Notes: generated by a model not told the origin, from the letters alone. Shown: positions 10,647-20,807, counted from the first letter of the stretch. The stretch is 64,000 nt of DNA from Limisphaerales bacterium (GCA_965657355.1 CBFHOE010000002.1:192001-256000), one strand, 5' to 3'. Translations and numbers: made by a program.

Positions 10647-11547
10647 AATCAGCACCCCCATTAAAAACAGGTCTAAAATGACTGAAAATCTGGAGCCTTG
10701 CCACTATGTTCATACGCAACGCACCAATCCTCTGGTTCTAAGGGAAATACATTGAAATAAGATTATAAAATATGGATTGTTTTTTCTGTTTACACAGGTT
10801 TATGAATGACTTTTGGAATCGTCTATAAAAGGATAAACTGGCTGATACTATTGCATTTAAGCCTCCGTGGATTCACAACATGAGAAGTTTATATAGTTGC
10901 GGATTCCTACTCAGGCAAACGGCAAGCATCACATCATTAAAAATAGAATAAGAATCAACTTTACTTGGTGCGCCTCACAAACAAAAACACCATATGCTTT
11001 CAGCCTGATAGGCTAGGTCTGTGACGACTAAAGCACAGTGTTGCTGTTCTCAGATATAAAACAAATTCAATATGTTACTAACTTCTTCATCAATTTCTCC
11101 ATGCGTGGTCCTATTTTCTGACAAAATAATTAATGTTCCTCTAAAATGCGCAGAAAAGTACATGTATTCATTCAGCAGATGCAAAATTTTGGTAGGGTAG
11201 CGAAACCGCACTGAACTGGGTTTACCCTATAAAAATCGACGTGTATTAATGTCTTCATTGGGACGGTCACTTCGTTATAGATTGCGAAAATGACAGTTGG
11301 GTGATCGAGATAAATCAAAATTCATTCGGGATAGCGAATCAATAAATGAATTTTTAAATGACCATACTCGCTAGGATCTGAATAGATTATCTGGGTGGCG
11401 ACAGGAAAGAGAACTTATGACTATCCCATAGGTCTATATATTAAAGTTTATTGAGAATCTTTATATGAAACCGATAAATAGAAAACTGTTTCAGCGCATG
11501 AAGCGATCGATCAATCTACTTCAGGAAGGAATATCTTTATCCAGCTA

Positions 11548-11925
11548 CTAATCCCATAAAGGATTGGGTTGGTAAAGCGGAGTTGCCCATGGGGACTGTT
11601 TCCCCTCTTCCAAGCCCTTATCTTCGACACGTTGAGCATTTTCCAAATAATCGAGAATCTGATTTCGAGTTTTTCTTGGCAAAGGCCACATGCCATTTTT
11701 TTGCTGCATGATATCAATGGTTTTCGACCAGCCTTCTCTGGACATATGATTGGCGGCGACAATTGCAGTTGAATGACAGGGCATACAGTTGGCTTGAACA
11801 AGTTCTACCCCGTTCCCTGGCTTAAGCCTGTATGACGGATCTACGTCGAGTTGAGGTTGCTCAACAGAAGTAATTTGACCAGTGACCAATAAAGAAATAG
11901 CCAGTGAAATAAGTATAAAATTCAT
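11548..11925 (-). CDS. Monoheme cytochrome c, partner of sulfite dehydrogenase (SorB/SorU-like)
   Basis: Signal peptide, CMPCH heme motif and W...I..MQQKNGMW; overlaps the stop of the molybdoenzyme gene. Confidence 0.8.
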   Translation of the reverse strand: MNFILISLAISLLVTGQITSVEQPQLDVDPSYRLKPGNGVELVQANCMPCHSTAIVAANHMSREGWSKTIDIMQQKNGMWPLPRKTRNQILDYLENAQRVEDKGLEEGKQSPWATPLYQPNPLWD

Positions 11926-13223
11926 GAGACTTTTACAGCTATTCTATGCATGGCGTTGTTTAAATACCCCTTGGGGTTCCATCCGGGCACAAGCATTGGT
12001 TGCATTCGACCCGTGTCGTCGGTCGCCCTGGCCCAAACCTCAAAATATCCCTTTGATGGAAACTCAACAAGGCTGTTCCATCTTTGCCAAGCGTATTTGT
12101 TACGCGGCTTCTTTAATCCGGCTTTTATCCAGGTTGCCCCAAAGTCAATGCTGAGATGTACCTCTCTGACACTCCCTGATCCAGACCACGCATGACCACG
12201 AATTGGAAGAGAGAATTTATCCACAATCTCAACCCCGGAGCCCGGGCGCGTGATTAAAGATTTAACTGGCATTTCTTCAATAATTTCAAGGTCCTTATCT
12301 GGGACTTTAGTACCGGGAGCCACGGGATTTTTGGGTACGCGATAGGAAGTGCCCGTCATTTTGGCACCGTCATGGACTTGATTTCGAACCCATATCCTTT
12401 TCAACCATTTTCCGCTGGTCGAACCAGGCCATCCAGGACAAACCAATCTCAATGGAAATCCATGAATTGCAGGTAAAGGTTGGCCATTCATAGACCATAC
12501 CAACAAAGTGTGGGGATCGAGTGCCTTTTCGATTGGGACACCTCTTGAAATAGCTTGTTTTTTAGGATCTCGACTGAGATGGATGTCCTCGCTTTCATAA
12601 GCAACATAGACTGCCGAATTTTTAACACCAGCATCTTCAAGAACATCTCTCAGTCGCACTCCTTCGTATTCGGCACACCCTACGGCACCAATGGTCCACT
12701 GGTTTCCAGAAGCCGGGGGGTGATACCCGGCACGCCCATTGCCACCACATTCTATAACGAGAGCCGCTTTAGTTTTAGAATACTTTCTTCGAAGAGCATC
12801 CATATTTAACTTTAAGGGACGAGATACCTCACCGTTTACAACAAGACTCCATCCATCAAGGTTCTTTTCAAGCGCTCGTTTGGGAACAAGACCATTATTT
12901 CGTACGAAGTGCCGTGATATAGGAGTAATTTCACTATCTAATAAAGTGGCGGGGGTCTCGGCATTCCAAGGCCGGTCACTCAGAACTCTCAAACCTAGTT
13001 TACCATCCATGGGGTTTGCTGGAATGGGTTGAGACCAACCCATTATGGTGAAGTGGTCCGAAATATTGTTCATGAAAGGAACAGGTATACCGGCCGCCAC
13101 CATAGCACTGGCTGTTTTGAAGAATTTTCTTCTCGTTGTCCCGCCACCCATATTGGGATTCTCAGTTTTTTTGAGACCGCTCATTACATTTAAAAATTTA
13201 TCAAACAACGCGGTTGGAAACAA
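11922..13223 (-). CDS. Sulfite oxidase-family molybdoenzyme (SorA/SorT-like), Tat-exported
   Basis: TRRKFFK Tat motif; NAETP, HFVRNNG, ECGGNGR (Mo-ligating Cys), HGFPLRLV.PGWPG..SGKWL and NP.GY.NN motifs. True start may be a downstream ATG. Confidence 0.9.
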   Translation of the reverse strand: MFPTALFDKFLNVMSGLKKTENPNMGGGTTRRKFFKTASAMVAAGIPVPFMNNISDHFTIMGWSQPIPANPMDGKLGLRVLSDRPWNAETPATLLDSEITPISRHFVRNNGLVPKRALEKNLDGWSLVVNGEVSRPLKLNMDALRRKYSKTKAALVIECGGNGRAGYHPPASGNQWTIGAVGCAEYEGVRLRDVLEDAGVKNSAVYVAYESEDIHLSRDPKKQAISRGVPIEKALDPHTLLVWSMNGQPLPAIHGFPLRLVCPGWPGSTSGKWLKRIWVRNQVHDGAKMTGTSYRVPKNPVAPGTKVPDKDLEIIEEMPVKSLITRPGSGVEIVDKFSLPIRGHAWSGSGSVREVHLSIDFGATWIKAGLKKPRNKYAWQRWNSLVEFPSKGYFEVWARATDDTGRMQPMLVPGWNPKGYLNNAMHRIAVKVS

Positions 13224-13351
13224 CTACCAAGCTCTTTGGTTGCACTCCAAACGCATCTATTCCAAGTCAAAACGTACAATCGAAATTGAAATTGTAAAAA
13301 AAGAAAAAAATGAGGACCATGTAGGCTGAAATTAGTTGGCGATAATTTATT

Positions 13352-13945
13352 ATGAAAAAAATATTGCAGTATTTAGTTATATGTTTCTTGGCAGCCTCTG
13401 CGATTGAAGTCAACGCTCAAACGGCCGATCCGTTCTATCTACCTGCTATAGAGATATCCACCGAGGGTGACGGATTTAATATCGCGATTCAATTTAATGA
13501 ACCATTTAGATGGAAGAATACGAGTTATAAATCTCTGGATAAATTCCCACAGCCATTCTTTGGCCTTCCAGATGTCCCTCACGAAATATGGTTCCAGGAA
13601 AATAAAGAACTTCATTTTCGCCAAACCGATATAGTTTTTATTGGAACATATAAGAATCTATCTGAATACGAAATAGAGGCCAACGTCAACGCATTAGGAA
13701 AGATAGTCGGCGTTTTTAACGAACAAACTCACTTACTAACTTTTGACGGGCTGGATTATTCACCCCATTTTCCTGTCCCTAAGATCATCCTGGAAAAATC
13801 AGATGACTTAAAAAATTGGACCCAGATAAATTTGGATGGGAAGTTGCCAAGAGAATATCATTGGCCAGCAGAGGTAAAATTAAATTTCCAATTCAATGAA
13901 GAAAGCCAGCTCTCTTTCTTCAGGGTCAAACTTGGGGAAGAATAA
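13352..13945 (+). CDS. Secreted hypothetical protein with C-terminal LEKSDDLKNW...FFRV tail
   Basis: 197-aa ORF with a classical signal peptide (ASAIEVNA/Q). Confidence 0.7.
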   Translation: MKKILQYLVICFLAASAIEVNAQTADPFYLPAIEISTEGDGFNIAIQFNEPFRWKNTSYKSLDKFPQPFFGLPDVPHEIWFQENKELHFRQTDIVFIGTYKNLSEYEIEANVNALGKIVGVFNEQTHLLTFDGLDYSPHFPVPKIILEKSDDLKNWTQINLDGKLPREYHWPAEVKLNFQFNEESQLSFFRVKLGEE

Positions 13946-13967
13946 TTCTAAATATTTACATCAATGC

Positions 13968-14069
13968 CTACGAGGTTATGCCATCTTAAAACCTCAAGCA
14001 AAAAACTGCTCGCTATTTCTCCCAAGGAAAAGCGTTAATAGTAAAACCCGTCGTATTACCATCGGGCGA
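13968..14069 (+). pseudogene. Possible remnant of an integrase arm-type DNA-binding domain
   Basis: LRGYAI...KSVNSKTRRITIGR resembles the G(F/L)xVxV...xRVNGKxRRxTIGR motif of tyrosine integrase N-termini; no catalytic domain follows. Confidence 0.35.
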
Positions 14070-14385
14070 AATGTTCTCATACTCGTGCGTGTGAATTTAA
14101 TTTTCTACACCTCAGAGCGCACGTTTTTAAATACAAATATGCAACGATCCTAAAAAAACACCCTCTCGAAAGGAAAAACTCATGATTTTTCGATCGAAAA
14201 CCAGACGCTTTTTCGTCCGGCGCACAAATCTTCAAATACTTCACGACTCTAAAAAGTCATACACACAATAAAAATTATACGGTCCTATTCATTATATATT
14301 TCAAAAAAAAATATATTTATAAAAATTATACCAAATCCATAGAAATAAGCTTGATCCAAGAATGTATCTTACATAGAAAAAAATT

Positions 14386-15981
14386 ATGTGGAGAAATTAC
14401 GGCACAGCGAGGAAAGAAGGTGATGTCGACATTTTTAAAACTAAAATAATTAAGACGCATCCGAATAATTTCCTCACTGGAATAGTATTCATTTCTTTAA
14501 GTTTAGCATTCCAAACCTTACTAGCAGGTGAGGCAGACAGCTTCAACTATTCTGCATCTGTTGATATTTCAACAAAGCACGAGCAAATTTCGAGTAGCAG
14601 TATTGCTTTAAATTCTTACCGGTCCTACCACCACTATGACGTTGCTGTAGACCAGAATATGAACCTACTCAATATGGGATATGGCACATCAATGGAACTT
14701 GTGACAGGAACACACTCCTACAATGCCACATATGGTTATACCAATTTCATAAAAACAACCTCATGGGATATCAATTTACAAGATATTATTATCACGAAGT
14801 TTGGAATGGAAAATGGTACTCCACTAAACGGACTACCTTTTAAGGGGAATATCGACGACATACCGGAAGCAAGTATTGCTACATTAGATAATTTTTCAAA
14901 AACGATCAAGCATACCACTCATTCCATCTCAAAAGGATACACATTCAATCTTGAAGTAACAACTTCGCTGGCAGACTGGGCAAAAAGCGGCATTGGTTCC
15001 GTCTTCAGAGGAATCATTTTTGATTATTCGGAAGTTCATGAAGTATCAATTACCCCAAATATAAATTCATTTTTAATAACCTCCGTCGACTCAGGACAAA
15101 AAAACGGATGGGATTTCCCGATTCAAATCAGTCAAACTGAAAGCTCCCATTCTTTACCTATTGAAAAAGTCACCGACTGCAACGGAAAATCGGGTTTCTT
15201 TATTGTTGCACCTTTTACCCCCGGAAGGAACAACACCAAAGTATTCAGTTACGATATAAGATTGGACGACACAAATCCCATAAACCGCACAATTCTTAAA
15301 AATTACCAACCTGTTTTTACTTGGAAAATCGCCAGTCACAGCCCCCTTTCATTCAACACCCCTCCTCCGCCAAAAGGTATATCTATCATTGATTACTCGA
15401 AATCTATCACCGACGAAATAAACCGTAAACTGCTCGCAGGCTTCACATCTCTTAGCACTGAATTAGACCAGTGCACCCCAATGAACCCTAACGGAAATTG
15501 GGCCAACATAGACAATCCCGATCACGTTCGCTGGTGGATATCAGCAAAACTTGAAAAGGAAGGCTCCCATAACGGAAACCTAGCCTTCTACAGCCATAAC
15601 AATTTAGATGATGGTTTGTTTACTGAAATTTTCACGATAGAGGAGTTGGTCGCATTCTCCGAAAAAATAAACATGTCTCCTACGAGCAGTAATATTATCA
15701 TTGTCGATACAGTCCTTATTCCAGATCTCCGCTATAGTGGCATGGTCAGAAATGCTCACACGTTTTCTAATGTAGATGGAAGATTCACCATACTTGACAC
15801 AAAGCTGAATACTAACGTTTTACTCCATGAATACTTTCATACAAATCATGGATTAATTCATAGGCCAGCCCGGACATCGGGAGCGAACAGGGCTCTATTA
15901 AACAGTCTATCTATTCATGGCAATGAATTAAACGCTTTTGAATGGATAAAAATCGGAGAATCAGATTTCGCAAGGAATTGA
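14386..15981 (+). CDS. Secreted hypothetical protein with C-terminal zinc-metallopeptidase-like motif
   Basis: Hydrophobic N-terminal segment and VLLHEYFHTNHGLIH (HExxH plus a third His). AT-rich. Confidence 0.6.
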   Translation: MWRNYGTARKEGDVDIFKTKIIKTHPNNFLTGIVFISLSLAFQTLLAGEADSFNYSASVDISTKHEQISSSSIALNSYRSYHHYDVAVDQNMNLLNMGYGTSMELVTGTHSYNATYGYTNFIKTTSWDINLQDIIITKFGMENGTPLNGLPFKGNIDDIPEASIATLDNFSKTIKHTTHSISKGYTFNLEVTTSLADWAKSGIGSVFRGIIFDYSEVHEVSITPNINSFLITSVDSGQKNGWDFPIQISQTESSHSLPIEKVTDCNGKSGFFIVAPFTPGRNNTKVFSYDIRLDDTNPINRTILKNYQPVFTWKIASHSPLSFNTPPPPKGISIIDYSKSITDEINRKLLAGFTSLSTELDQCTPMNPNGNWANIDNPDHVRWWISAKLEKEGSHNGNLAFYSHNNLDDGLFTEIFTIEELVAFSEKINMSPTSSNIIIVDTVLIPDLRYSGMVRNAHTFSNVDGRFTILDTKLNTNVLLHEYFHTNHGLIHRPARTSGANRALLNSLSIHGNELNAFEWIKIGESDFARN

Positions 15982-15984
15982 CTT

Positions 15985-16797
15985 ATGAAAGGTAAGGTTA
16001 AATCATTAATTAGTCTTTGTATATTGCTCTTTTTTTTGCAAAGTCTTCACACCAAAAAACAACAAAATCTCAGCCCAAAAACGAGCATTACTAATACTTC
16101 CCTTGCAACTAAAAGAAATGAAAAAACTAGAAAATTTGATAATAAAATTAAGCATAAAGAAGGTAGAGAAAGCTCAAATGATTTGGTTCAAAAAACAAAC
16201 CAAAAAACAAAATTAACAGGGGATTTAATTCTTAACTACAATACTTTAGAGGAAAAAGATAGCGATGCATATATAACAATTTATAAAAAAATGTGTAGGA
16301 TTTCAGATCAAAAAATATTTGATGCTATCTATTCAGACATGATCTCCGACGGATTCCCAAAGCTACCAAACCAAGAAATCAGTTCATACGGCATATTAAA
16401 GTTTTCCTACATCGCGTTGGCAAATAGCATCCAAAACAATGCTAGCCTTGAAAAAATTCGAGATTTTTTAAAAACTCCAATTCCTAATCTCATCACCGGC
16501 AATAGTCAGGAATTAAAAACAAACCTAAATAGAACAGCATTAATTTGTAGCCTTGGAATTAGCGGAAAACCAGAAATTTTCAATATTTTGAGAGAAGAAT
16601 ACATTACTTCCCCCTCAATAGATAATGGTGTTGGAATGGCGGCATTTTGGTATGATTACAAAAATCAATATTATAAATATTTTTTTATTAATGCAAACCA
16701 CGCCTTGGAACCATTTTACGATGACAATTTTTTTCTAGGTCTAATCTTACTCAGGCTTCCATTCTTTCCTTATATAAAAAATGGGCCTCATCTCTAG
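15985..16797 (+). CDS. Hypothetical membrane-anchored/secreted protein
   Basis: 270-aa ORF starting 3 nt after the previous stop; N-terminal hydrophobic helix and Lys-rich linker; very AT-rich. Confidence 0.6.
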   Translation: MKGKVKSLISLCILLFFLQSLHTKKQQNLSPKTSITNTSLATKRNEKTRKFDNKIKHKEGRESSNDLVQKTNQKTKLTGDLILNYNTLEEKDSDAYITIYKKMCRISDQKIFDAIYSDMISDGFPKLPNQEISSYGILKFSYIALANSIQNNASLEKIRDFLKTPIPNLITGNSQELKTNLNRTALICSLGISGKPEIFNILREEYITSPSIDNGVGMAAFWYDYKNQYYKYFFINANHALEPFYDDNFFLGLILLRLPFFPYIKNGPHL

Positions 16798-16881
16798 TTT
16801 CTAAAGAAGTTTCAGATTTTTTTAGAGAGGTAGGATATAACAACAACTCAATTACACTCAGGTAAAAATTTCTAATTTAAA

Positions 16882-17265
16882 ATGATAAAAAATATAGTAG
16901 CGTGCATCTTAATGGTTATATTGGTGGCTTTTCCAATTGTGGCATCGGAGGTTGTATTTCTTGGAAGCCGAGAACCGGAACAAAACATGAGCCCCGAAAA
17001 AAAGTATAGTTCTGAGGAGTTTACAAGGAGGGAAGAAATTCGGTTACCGAGACATATCAACAGGGAATTTCATATCCTTCGGCATTTAGAGATCATAGAG
17101 AGAATTCTATTTATCCAAGAATTACAGCAAATTTTGGGGGATGGGAAAATAGACCCACGGCTGACTTATGAACTAATGTGCAGTGAAATCGAGGTGTTGG
17201 GCAGCGAACATAAGCAGATAAGGCACTTATTGATTGAAGACGTGAGAAAGGGTCGTTTGAAGTGA
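16882..17265 (+). CDS. Small secreted hypothetical protein
   Basis: 127 aa with signal peptide MIKNIVACILMVILVAFPIVA. Confidence 0.55.
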   Translation: MIKNIVACILMVILVAFPIVASEVVFLGSREPEQNMSPEKKYSSEEFTRREEIRLPRHINREFHILRHLEIIERILFIQELQQILGDGKIDPRLTYELMCSEIEVLGSEHKQIRHLLIEDVRKGRLK

Positions 17266-17483
17266 GCGAATAAATCACAAAGGTTCTTTTGTTTTTCAAA
17301 AATTTTTTAAAATATTATCGCAGGGAGAAGTTACTGACTTTTGGGGCAAGCATCCAAAGCTCATTTATCCAAGCTTTAGTTTTACAACTAAGGAAGCCGC
17401 GATCTAGGACGCGTTATTTTCGGCTGGCAGTTATTTTAAAAAGCGCTTTTTGATGTCGGCATGCCGAATGGAAAGATCTGGAG

Positions 17484-18656
17484 TTATTTAAGTCTACTAT
17501 TAAATCCTTTTTGCTTTGTCGCATAGGTTTCAGAGTGATTTCTAGCAGGGATTGACATACTGTAAGACAAACCATTAGAAGCTACGGACAGCTTGATAAC
17601 ATTTTCATCTGAAACCCTATTGAGATTTGCGATAAATTCATCCGCTGTGTTGTTCTCGATGTCATCTCTTAGGTTCTTACGCACTTGATACATGGCCTTG
17701 ATGGACGGGGTATCTTTGAGTGTTTGAAAGGTTTTTGGGCCACAACCTTTTCTATGTCCATTATTCATCACGGTCACTGTGGGGCTCAGCATCTGAAGCA
17801 ATATGGGATTGTTGCTTGAGTCGAGGCCATGGTGATTAACCTGATAGACGTCTACTTGGCCATGTGGATTAATGGGGGAAACTATTTGAGCTTCCACATT
17901 CCAGGACGTATCCCCTCCGTGGTAGAAGGCGAAATCTCCAAACCTGACAATCCAATTAATACTATTAGCATTGTCAGTAGGGTCAATTTTTCGGGGAATA
18001 AATTCAGGAGCATGAGCACTAGTCAAAATGTCTGGGGAGATGGGCTTAGTATCAACGACCTGATCCGCAGCGATGCACCTTATAGTGAGTTTAGGCAGTC
18101 CGGCTTGTTGTTTTAATGCGAGCTCATCGCCCGTTTTGATGGTGATCCTGTTTGCGGCTATTGCTTTATATGATTTGATTTTGAGGTGAAATGTTCTGTC
18201 CTCGATCAACTTTTCCGGAATTCCTTTATCGACAATATTTTTGATTGGCATGAGCTGTGCTAGTTCAGCGGCACCGCCATAATGGTCGATATGAAAATGG
18301 CTAGTGAGGAGATAATCGATTTGTTTGAGCCCCGCGACTTCGGTAGCCATTCGATGTATGCGGCTGGCGTCTCGATTACCTGGATTTCCGCTGTCGAATA
18401 AAAGACTTTCGCCCGAAGGCGTGACCATCAAAGTCGCCCCCCCGCCCTCAACGTCTACCCAAAAAACATCGAGGCGCCTCTCCGCCTCCACGCTAAGGCA
18501 CATAAAAGAGGAGGCGAAAAATGTCACTAAGACTATAAGGCCAAAGAAATCTGCATTTTTTGGCATTATGGAGAATTTCATAATTCTTGCTTCCCACTTA
18601 TTTCTCGAAAAATCAAGTGAGATTTTATGATTTTTTCTTGCATTGGTCCTGTTCAT
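17484..18656 (-). CDS. Metallo-beta-lactamase-fold hydrolase (ComEC/Rec2-like, secreted)
   Basis: DVEGGGATL, LFDSG, SHFHIDHYGG (HxHxDH), GGD and NHHG motifs. Start is probably a slightly downstream ATG. Confidence 0.85.
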   Translation of the reverse strand: MNRTNARKNHKISLDFSRNKWEARIMKFSIMPKNADFFGLIVLVTFFASSFMCLSVEAERRLDVFWVDVEGGGATLMVTPSGESLLFDSGNPGNRDASRIHRMATEVAGLKQIDYLLTSHFHIDHYGGAAELAQLMPIKNIVDKGIPEKLIEDRTFHLKIKSYKAIAANRITIKTGDELALKQQAGLPKLTIRCIAADQVVDTKPISPDILTSAHAPEFIPRKIDPTDNANSINWIVRFGDFAFYHGGDTSWNVEAQIVSPINPHGQVDVYQVNHHGLDSSNNPILLQMLSPTVTVMNNGHRKGCGPKTFQTLKDTPSIKAMYQVRKNLRDDIENNTADEFIANLNRVSDENVIKLSVASNGLSYSMSIPARNHSETYATKQKGFNSRLK

Positions 18657-18689
18657 GTCGTTTCATGTGCCTTCCTTCGGGACCCAAAT

Positions 18690-18765
<76 letters not shown>

Positions 18766-18777
18766 CCTTTTTTTATC

Positions 18778-18903
18778 GTTTTCCTGCAAAAAACAAAGAA
18801 AAACGACCAAATACTGATTTTCTCACAAAACTGGCAAATTTGTTAAATGTGCCAGAAAATGCAGGAAAACACCGATTTCTAGCAACTGTTTTAGCAACTA
18901 TTT
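18778..18903. repeat. Inverted and tandem repeats directly 3' of tRNA-Phe (att-arm-like)
   Basis: GTTTTCCTGCA (18778-18788) pairs with TGCAGGAAAAC (18860-18870). Tandem TAGCAACTGTTT/TAGCAACTATTT at 18880-18903. Confidence 0.55.
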
Positions 18904-18958
18904 TGGGGCTAACCCAAAGTTTGGGAATGTTCATTTTTTCATAACTAACATCTAAATG

Positions 18959-19042
18959 TCATCCACGTTGAGCCATCATCAGTAATCTGTAGCTTTCAAA
19001 GTTTCTAAAGCCATATGCTCTTCTTTGGGTGTTCTTCAGTGA
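18959..19042 (-). mobile_element. ISL3-family transposase C-terminal remnant
   Basis: Minus strand reads SLKNTQRRAYGFRNFESYRLLMMAQRG*, matching the ISL3 RRAYGFRNFxNYRLR terminal motif. An in-frame stop lies immediately upstream. Confidence 0.75.
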
Positions 19043-19293
19043 TTAAATTGCTCCGGGTAAATAGCCACATTCGAACGATTCCTCAGATCAGGATCTGAGT
19101 GTTTGGCTAATTGTTTTGATGCTTTGAAGTTTATATTGGTCTAATACTGAGAGCATACAATGAGTCGAGCAATGTGTTCTCGGCAAGAGTCTTAGTAGAG
19201 AGTTTAGAATTTGAGTAAAGAGCGTATGTTGATTAGTCTTTAAGGACTCAAAGAGCTGGTTCAAAGGCAACTGGTCTTTTGGTCTAATGATTG

Positions 19294-19325
19294 GTTTCAA
19301 TCCGCGCTCCCGTGATGGGAGCGAC
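19294..19325 (-). CRISPR. Solitary type I-C CRISPR repeat (no recognisable second repeat)
   Basis: GTCGCTCCCATCACGGGAGCGCGGATTGAAAC: 32 nt, CGCTCCC/GGGAGCG hairpin, ATTGAAAC 3' end, 132 nt downstream of cas2. Confidence 0.9.
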
Positions 19326-19457
19326 CGCGTGACTGTTAAGCCACAAAGTGTCAACAGGTTCCAGTGGTGTTTCCGCGAACCTGGATTTTTAATATGTCAA
19401 AGAGCAGTGTTTTCCCAATTTTCAACCAGTGTTTACTTGGGGTTCGCGGAAGCCCAC
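19326..19457 (-). promoter_or_regulatory. CRISPR leader
   Basis: Lies between cas2 and the repeat; contains the 11-bp inverted repeat TTCCGCGAACC (19371-19381) / GGTTCGCGGAA (19441-19451) around an AT-rich core. Confidence 0.75.
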
Positions 19458-19748
19458 TCAAACGATGAGCGGACCGTCCGGGTCGTAGGGTTCCTTCTGT
19501 CCGAAATGCTCAACGCGACCCTGCCAGTTTCGCCCCAAGTTGTAGACCCGTATGGAATCTTCCTCTGGTTTCATAATTTTGCACAGCTTGTTTTTCAATT
19601 CTACGAATTTTCCTGGGTCGACCTTGCATTCGAAAACAGAGTTTTGTACGCGTTGTCCATAATCAAGGCAGACTTTTGCAATCTGTCGCAGGCGTTTGCG
19701 CCCGGCAGGACTTGTGGTGGAAACGTCGTAGGTTATTAGGGTGTACAT
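19458..19748 (-). CDS. cas2: CRISPR-associated endonuclease Cas2
   Basis: LITYDV...RLRQIAKVCLDYGQRVQNSVFEC...DSIRVY. Confidence 0.96.
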   Translation of the reverse strand: MYTLITYDVSTTSPAGRKRLRQIAKVCLDYGQRVQNSVFECKVDPGKFVELKNKLCKIMKPEEDSIRVYNLGRNWQGRVEHFGQKEPYDPDGPLIV

Positions 19749-19763
19749 GATGTCTTGGGCGAA

Positions 19764-20807
19764 CTATTTGACGAGGTAAGCGGGATATGCATCCAGATCG
19801 CCACGGAGATGACGAGCGAGAAGTCTAGCCTGAATGTGAGGCAGCAATCCGATGGTGATTTTCTCCTGAAGAAACGGATGCACGATCTCGGTTTGCTTCC
19901 GCTCCTGCCAGTGTTGAAGAACCGTTTTCCTCGAATCCTCCTTAAGCAATACCGCTCCGTTCTGCTTTTCCTCGAAATCCTCTTCTCTGATCTGCTTTCT
20001 GTTGATTAAGGTCAATGTGGCTCGATCGGCCAATACTGGGCGTAGTTCCTCCATTAAATCCAGCGCCAGTGAAGGGCGGCCGGGGCGGTCTCGATGCAGG
20101 ATTCCACACTGCGGATCCAGACCCACTGATTCGGCAGCGGAGCGGCAGTCATGAGCAAGCAAAGCATAGTGAAATGACAGGAGCGCATTCACAGGATCAA
20201 GCGGTGGACGGCGTGTGCGCCCCTTTAACTGAAGCTTTCCTGGTTCACTCAAGGTTATCACTTGATTGAACACGGCGAAGTAAGCGACCGCCGAGTCGCC
20301 TTCGATTCCCCGAATGGAATCGAGTGTAGTTGCTTGTCGAAGGAGAGGGATGCGCACACCGAGAAAATTGGACACACGCCATAGTTCTGATGACCGTTCT
20401 GGGGCCTTTTCCCCGTGGTCACGAGCAGCGCGCTGCAATAGCGATCGCGTGTTGGCGAGCTTGGCTGCGATTAGGTTTCGGGCGATGGCTACTGAGCGCT
20501 CTCTGTTGTCAGCTGCTTGATATTGGGCGCGTCGCAGAAGCACGTTTCCACTTACAGGACCATTGGCGCTAGCGAGAAATTTTCCATGAGGATTGTGGAA
20601 GCTGAAAGCCACATTCGCCTCGGCACAGGCATGCATCAAGGACGCCGAGGCGATGATATCCCATCCGAAACAGACGATACCGTCGAGATTGTGGAGCGGC
20701 ACGCGAAGTTTAGTCACGCTTTCATGACGGATCTCGACAGCGGCTCCATCCTTACGCAGATACGCACCTTCCAGTGTGATGAACAAAGTGTTAAGGTGTG
20801 TTTTCAT
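19764..20807 (-). CDS. cas1: Type I-C Cas1
   Basis: LNTLFIT, SGNVLLRRAQY, RGIEG, RRPPLDPVNALLSF and LH..RPGRPSLALDLMEELR motifs. Confidence 0.97.
   Translation of the reverse strand: MKTHLNTLFITLEGAYLRKDGAAVEIRHESVTKLRVPLHNLDGIVCFGWDIIASASLMHACAEANVAFSFHNPHGKFLASANGPVSGNVLLRRAQYQAADNRERSVAIARNLIAAKLANTRSLLQRAARDHGEKAPERSSELWRVSNFLGVRIPLLRQATTLDSIRGIEGDSAVAYFAVFNQVITLSEPGKLQLKGRTRRPPLDPVNALLSFHYALLAHDCRSAAESVGLDPQCGILHRDRPGRPSLALDLMEELRPVLADRATLTLINRKQIREEDFEEKQNGAVLLKEDSRKTVLQHWQERKQTEIVHPFLQEKITIGLLPHIQARLLARHLRGDLDAYPAYLVK

Noticed and set aside
10647..11510. Long non-coding gap with weak hairpins (e.g. TAGGGTA/TACCCTA near 11192-11229)
   Set aside because: No riboswitch, ncRNA or protein remnant could be recognised, and the stems are short for AT-rich DNA.
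19088..19739. ORFs 19088-19354 (-) and 19287-19739 (+)
   Set aside because: They overlap the CRISPR repeat, leader or cas2 and have no recognisable motifs; shadow ORFs.
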